Origin: Candidatus Bathyarchaeota archaeon
GTDB taxonomy: Archaea; Thermoproteota; Bathyarchaeia; Bathyarchaeales; Bathyarchaeaceae
Length of the DNA: 38,268 bases
Assembly: GCA_020346825.1 (NCBI GenBank)
Contig: CP070791.1
Coordinates: 1,128,887 to 1,167,154, forward strand
Reading direction: 5' to 3'
In this document: positions 35,007-38,268 of the stretch, in pieces
Layout: each line of letters opens with the position of its first letter
Numbering within the stretch: the first letter of the stretch is position 1
The notes under the pieces: generated by a model
The model's database searches: none
Told to the model about the DNA's origin: nothing
What the model saw: the letters and a program-made list of their open reading frames with translations, nothing else
Position numbers and translations under genes: made by a program

Positions 35007-35036
35007 TTTCTGATATTCTCGTTTCGCTTTCTGATA
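35007..35036 (+). promoter_or_regulatory. two direct TTTCTGATA repeats 21 bp apart, just upstream of a TATA-like TTTTTATT (35042-35049)
   Basis: TTTCTGATA occurs at 35007-35015 and 35028-35036. The phoU-like ATG is at 35084. Confidence 0.35.
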
Positions 35037-35083
35037 GTATGTTTTTATTCGATGCAGCAATATGTCTGTTGAGGATTAAGAGT

Positions 35084-36064
35084 ATGGACCTCCGCAAGAT
35101 TCAAAGGACAAGTGGAGGGACTTTTTTTGTTTGTCTCCCAAAAGAGTGGGCTGAGCGAAACGGACTTGACCGAGGATCTGTGGTTTCTGTAACTGAAACG
35201 GCTGATGGTCTACTTGCCGTTAACCCAAAATATGGCATAGAACGCGCTCCACAGGTAGCCGTGATTACCCCGACTCCCCTTTTGGATCGTGAGATCATTG
35301 AGAAATATCTGTTGGGCTACGACAGTATACACATTGAAGGGAAAGGAAGAATAAGCCCCGTCGATCGCGAACGCTTGAAACAAGCGGCAAGTCGTTTGGT
35401 TGGTTTGGAGATTGTTGAGGAAGACTACTCCAAAATTGTTATGCAATGCCTTTTGGAGCCTTCTACGTTTCCACCACAAAAGATTCTTCGCCGGGAATAC
35501 TCTATTGCCTCAGGGATGCATCGGGATGCCGTGACTGCCCTAACCGAAGGCGCCGTGCATCTAGCCAAGAATGTAGTTGCTAGGGACAACGAGGTCAACC
35601 GGTTATATTTTCTTTTGGTCCGAACTCTTAGAACGGTGATTCAAAATCCGGGGTTGAGTAGCAAACTCGGGATTCTTCCCATTGATTGTTTGGACTACCG
35701 TTTAACAGCGAGTCTAGTTGAATCAATAGGCGACCAGTCTGCGTGTATTGGTGAAAAAGCAATCGAACTGCAGGGAGCAAAAATAGAGGAAAACCTTCTG
35801 CAGCTTATCTTAAACTTTCACACCGTTGCGTTTGCTTCTCACGAAAACGCAATAAACGCGGTGTTTTCGCGTGATGTTTCCATGGCAGAAGCTGTACGAT
35901 TGGAAGAAGAGAAGGTGGCAACGATGTTCCGTGAACTTGAAAAGGCTATTCGCGGCCAGCCTGCAGAAGTTGGTCCTCACATGCTTGCTGTGGCCTCTTC
36001 TATGAACCGAATTTACGATAACAGTCTGGACATCGCGGACTTGGTCATGCCGAAGCTCCTGTAA
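35084..36064 (+). CDS. PhoU-family phosphate uptake regulator with N-terminal AbrB/SpoVT domain
   Basis: MDLRKIQRTSGGTFFVCLPKEWAERNGL is AbrB-like and is followed by two PhoU-like helical repeats. I prefer the ATG at 35084; the track starts at 35039. Confidence 0.85.
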   Translation: MDLRKIQRTSGGTFFVCLPKEWAERNGLDRGSVVSVTETADGLLAVNPKYGIERAPQVAVITPTPLLDREIIEKYLLGYDSIHIEGKGRISPVDRERLKQAASRLVGLEIVEEDYSKIVMQCLLEPSTFPPQKILRREYSIASGMHRDAVTALTEGAVHLAKNVVARDNEVNRLYFLLVRTLRTVIQNPGLSSKLGILPIDCLDYRLTASLVESIGDQSACIGEKAIELQGAKIEENLLQLILNFHTVAFASHENAINAVFSRDVSMAEAVRLEEEKVATMFRELEKAIRGQPAEVGPHMLAVASSMNRIYDNSLDIADLVMPKLL

Positions 36065-36198
36065 GAAGCGGTCTATTTCAAGCGGTCCAACGGCAAAATA
36101 GAAAGACGGGGCTGTTGAAAATTTAACGAATTTTTTTGTAGTCCAAACTCAAAACGGTGTTCGAATAATACGTGTGTATGATAGTGAAGCAGAGGAAA

Positions 36199-36762
36199 CT
36201 ACTGTTTCTTGAATTCTGCAACTATTTCGTTTACGGTCTTCACTTCTGCGTTGTAGACTTCTTCTAGGTATTTCAATCCTTCTTCGTGGTCCTTTTGGCT
36301 GAACGCTTCCACTCCGTCGCTAGCAATTTCTATTCTGTAGCCTCTGAAAAAGGCGTCAGCAGACGTGTGTCTGATACATATGTGGGTGTGTAGTCCCCCC
36401 AAAATAACGGTGTCCACGCCCTTGCCTCCATAAAGGCTTCGGAGAAGTAGTTCAAGTCCAGTTTCATAAAAACCACTGTAGACTCTCTTCTCAACGATGA
36501 AGGCGCCTTCTCTCGGTGCAAGTTCTCGAATAACTTGGGCGCCTAGCGTGTCTTTTATGGCGTGATCACCCCACTTGCGGACAACCTCAAAGTCGTGCTT
36601 ATAGTGAGCATCGTTGGAATATATTACTGGTACGCCATGCTCTCTGGCTTTTTCAACGAGTTTCTTGAGGTTTGGAACGATCGTTGCGGCTCGTTCGGTT
36701 TTCAAATCGCCGGTGACGAAGTCGTTTAGCATATCTACAATTATGACTGCCTTGTTTGACAT
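36199..36762 (-). CDS. isochorismatase-family cysteine hydrolase (nicotinamidase-like)
   Basis: Motifs are AVIIVDMLNDFV, HAIKDT and the catalytic-Cys context GGLHTHICIRHT. Confidence 0.85.
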   Translation of the reverse strand: MSNKAVIIVDMLNDFVTGDLKTERAATIVPNLKKLVEKAREHGVPVIYSNDAHYKHDFEVVRKWGDHAIKDTLGAQVIRELAPREGAFIVEKRVYSGFYETGLELLLRSLYGGKGVDTVILGGLHTHICIRHTSADAFFRGYRIEIASDGVEAFSQKDHEEGLKYLEEVYNAEVKTVNEIVAEFKKQ

Positions 36763-36921
36763 GCTTCCACCGTTCTTGTTGCATGATTCTGCTCTCTTAT
36801 TTGGGTTGCGTTTCTAGATAAGACAATAACCAAGGGGCGGCAACGTTCTCGATTAAGCATTGCTGCATCTTGATTTATTGGCTTGGGAGCGCGTAGGGTA
36901 ACGCTCACTTTCTAGTGAGCA

Positions 36922-36933
36922 CTTTTATTAATG
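36922..36933 (+). promoter_or_regulatory. TATA-box-like element upstream of tRNA-Ser
   Basis: CTTTTATTAATG is centred about 30 nt upstream of the tRNA 5' end at 36959. Confidence 0.45.
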
Positions 36934-36958
36934 GCAATTGGCTCTAACAAAAATGGGC

Positions 36959-37070
36959 GCCGGGGTGACAGAGCGGTAATGTGCCGGCCTCGAGATGCAC
37001 GAATGTGGGGTCCAGAAGACAGCCGGTGGCGCTTTGCGCCTCAAGGGTTCAAGTCCCTTCCCCGGCGCCA
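36959..37070 (+). tRNA. tRNA-Ser(CGA), class II, with a 26-nt intron at or near the canonical 37/38 site (36995-37020); CCA encoded
   Basis: Hand-folded. The acceptor is GCCGGGG/CCCCGGC and the discriminator is G. The anticodon arm is CCGGC-CUCGAG[intron]A-GCCGG. The long variable arm is GGCGC-TTT-GCGCC and the T arm is AAGGG-TTCAAGT-CCCTT. Confidence 0.85.
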
Positions 37071-37090
37071 CTTTTATTCAAGCGTGATCT

Positions 37091-37666
37091 CTAGCTGTTT
37101 CTTGGTTTTGCGAGTATTTCCCTGATTTTGAGGTTGAAAAAACGGGATGCCGTTGCTGGCTTTAGAACCATAGCCGTGTCGGCACCTCTGCCCGTCCCTC
37201 CTATGGCTATGACCTCTTCATCAACAGGGATTAGGCCGGCATCTGCAGCCATAATAGTAATCTCTACACAAACTTTAGTTCCTTCACCAAATAACCGAAG
37301 GGTGTGGGCTAAAAGTTCGAGGGGCATAACGGTTCCAAATTTTTTTCGGATCGCCCTCTCTACACCACTAAGCGCATGAGTTGCAGTCAAGATCTTGGCT
37401 CCATTATCCAGAATTCTTCTGTGATTTTCGTCTGTCAGTTCCCGTATCCCTGGCTCTTTAAAGCCTACGTGGTGGGAAACGACTATAACGTTTAGGCCTT
37501 TAAAGACACGCGTAGCCCTCACTCCGGTATCACCGGTGGTGGAGGCAACCACCACAGCTTTTATTCCTTCCGTTTGAGCATAGTTTTTCACCAAGTCAAG
37601 CAGGATTTTAGTGTTCTGTTTTCCAGGGGTCTCGAAATAGATGGTTTTACGTTCAACGGACTTCAT
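37091..37666 (-). CDS. pyruvate kinase C-terminal (alpha/beta) domain-like protein (COG1751-like)
   Basis: MKSVERKTIYFETPGKQNT...AVVVASTTGDTG...VVSHHVGF...IAIGGTGRGADTA matches the stand-alone PK_C-like family. I prefer the ATG at 37666. Confidence 0.75.
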   Translation of the reverse strand: MKSVERKTIYFETPGKQNTKILLDLVKNYAQTEGIKAVVVASTTGDTGVRATRVFKGLNVIVVSHHVGFKEPGIRELTDENHRRILDNGAKILTATHALSGVERAIRKKFGTVMPLELLAHTLRLFGEGTKVCVEITIMAADAGLIPVDEEVIAIGGTGRGADTAMVLKPATASRFFNLKIREILAKPRNS

Positions 37667-37679
37667 ACAAGGTCCCACT

Positions 37680-38081
37680 TCAAAGAGAGGTTTTTCTAAG
37701 GGGCTTCCTCTTAAGTGTGGTGCCGCAGACCTTGCAGACCTTAAGCTTGTGATCTGGAGGGTATTTCCGGTGGCAGGCGGGGCAATACTGAATCCAATTG
37801 AAACGAAATTTGATTCCGTACGTCAAAAGCGAAGTGAAGTCTACGCCAATTTGATTGGCAACATTTTGGATGGAGTAATCGTCAGTAACGATCATTGGAT
37901 ACAAACCCCGGCGTTTCAATTCTAGGGCTAGTGCCAAGACTTGGAAATCTGTTTCGGAAAGATAACGTTCGTCCCCAACCTTTTTGGAAGCTTCTTTGAC
38001 TTCGTGAAAAAAGACATCTCTCGACGTCCTGACTTTTAGCCGTTTGCTTTCCACCGCGGCGTTAAATCGAACCCAAGGCAT
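37680..38081 (-). CDS. nob1: Nob1-like endonuclease (PIN domain + Zn ribbon); coordinates from the first canonical start, but the conserved PIN N-terminus continues upstream to about 38207
   Basis: The PIN motif is IVTDDYSIQNVA and the ribbon is CPACHRKY...CKVCG. The same frame upstream of ATG 38081 is open to TGA 38208-38210 and encodes RKVIVLDTSAFIAGFNPFSVTEKQYSVPSVKKELVLNS. That stretch includes the first PIN acidic residue and contains no ATG/GTG/TTG. Confidence 0.85.
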   Translation of the reverse strand: MPWVRFNAAVESKRLKVRTSRDVFFHEVKEASKKVGDERYLSETDFQVLALALELKRRGLYPMIVTDDYSIQNVANQIGVDFTSLLTYGIKFRFNWIQYCPACHRKYPPDHKLKVCKVCGTTLKRKPLRKTSL

Positions 38082-38268
38082 GGAGTTTAGAACAAGCTCC
38101 TTCTTAACCGAGGGAACAGAATATTGTTTTTCGGTGACTGAAAAAGGGTTAAAACCCGCAATGAAGGCAGACGTGTCCAGTACGATGACCTTCCGTGTCA
38201 GAGACCCTCACCTCTGGAGAAGAGAAGTCTACCTTTAAGGCGATTGTAAAAATTGTTCCCAAAGCGAA

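Noticed and set aside
34689-35083. C/D-box sRNA or other ncRNA in the DP1/phoU intergenic region, and in other gaps
   Set aside because: I looked for RUGAUGA followed 40-60 nt later by CUGA, with terminal complementarity, in the intergenic regions. I found only isolated CTGA or partial C-box-like strings. There were also no RNase P or SRP signature motifs.
36763-37090. Integrated element using tRNA-Ser, tRNA-Val or tRNA-Arg as an att site
   Set aside because: There is no integrase, no direct repeat of a tRNA 3' half that I could spot, and the flanking genes are ordinary housekeeping genes.

Overview
This is an archaeal chromosome segment made up mostly of housekeeping and information-processing genes. 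It carries DNA polymerase D large (21675-25076, -) and small (33123-34688, -) subunits. Orc1/Cdc6 (31669-32919, +) has a classical oriC directly upstream: three 23-bp ORB boxes, two of them inverted around an AT-rich unwinding region (31063-31492). Other genes are CTP synthase, PyrI, NAC, aMBF1, HflX, aTrm56, TFE, an Elf1-like zinc ribbon, GGGP synthase, NadE next to a stand-alone CN-hydrolase, Nob1, a PhoU-like regulator, two GT2 glycosyltransferases and a B12-binding radical SAM enzyme. There are three tRNAs: Arg-UCG with a 25-nt intron at the non-canonical 29/30 position, Val-UAC, and Ser-CGA with a 26-nt intron. PolD plus Elf1 plus a non-canonical tRNA intron suggests a non-crenarchaeal TACK-type archaeon (Bathy-, Thaum-, Kor- or Aigarchaeota-like). 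The exact taxon cannot be decided from the sequence alone. The most unusual stretch is 28.1-31.0 kb, immediately left of oriC. It encodes three orphan predicted DNA-binding proteins: a small sigma-r4/Tfx-like HTH protein, a membrane-anchored coiled-coil wHTH protein, and a small wHTH protein. They sit in an extremely dense array of TGTGAT(C)/(G)ATCACA half-sites (14 exact hexamers in about 1.4 kb, arranged as palindromes, tandems and helically phased copies). A second motif, CTTCACAAG, recurs in this module, inside the oriC region and upstream of the PolD small-subunit gene. I treat this as a candidate uncharacterised origin-proximal regulatory or DNA-organising module, and its function is inference only. 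Other oddities are: hflX and nob1 both have clearly conserved N-terminal coding sequence upstream of any ATG/GTG/TTG codon; there is a decayed radical-SAM gene remnant; pyrI has no adjacent pyrB; and there is an orphan HExxH protein. I found no CRISPR array, transposase, integrase or recognisable defence genes.
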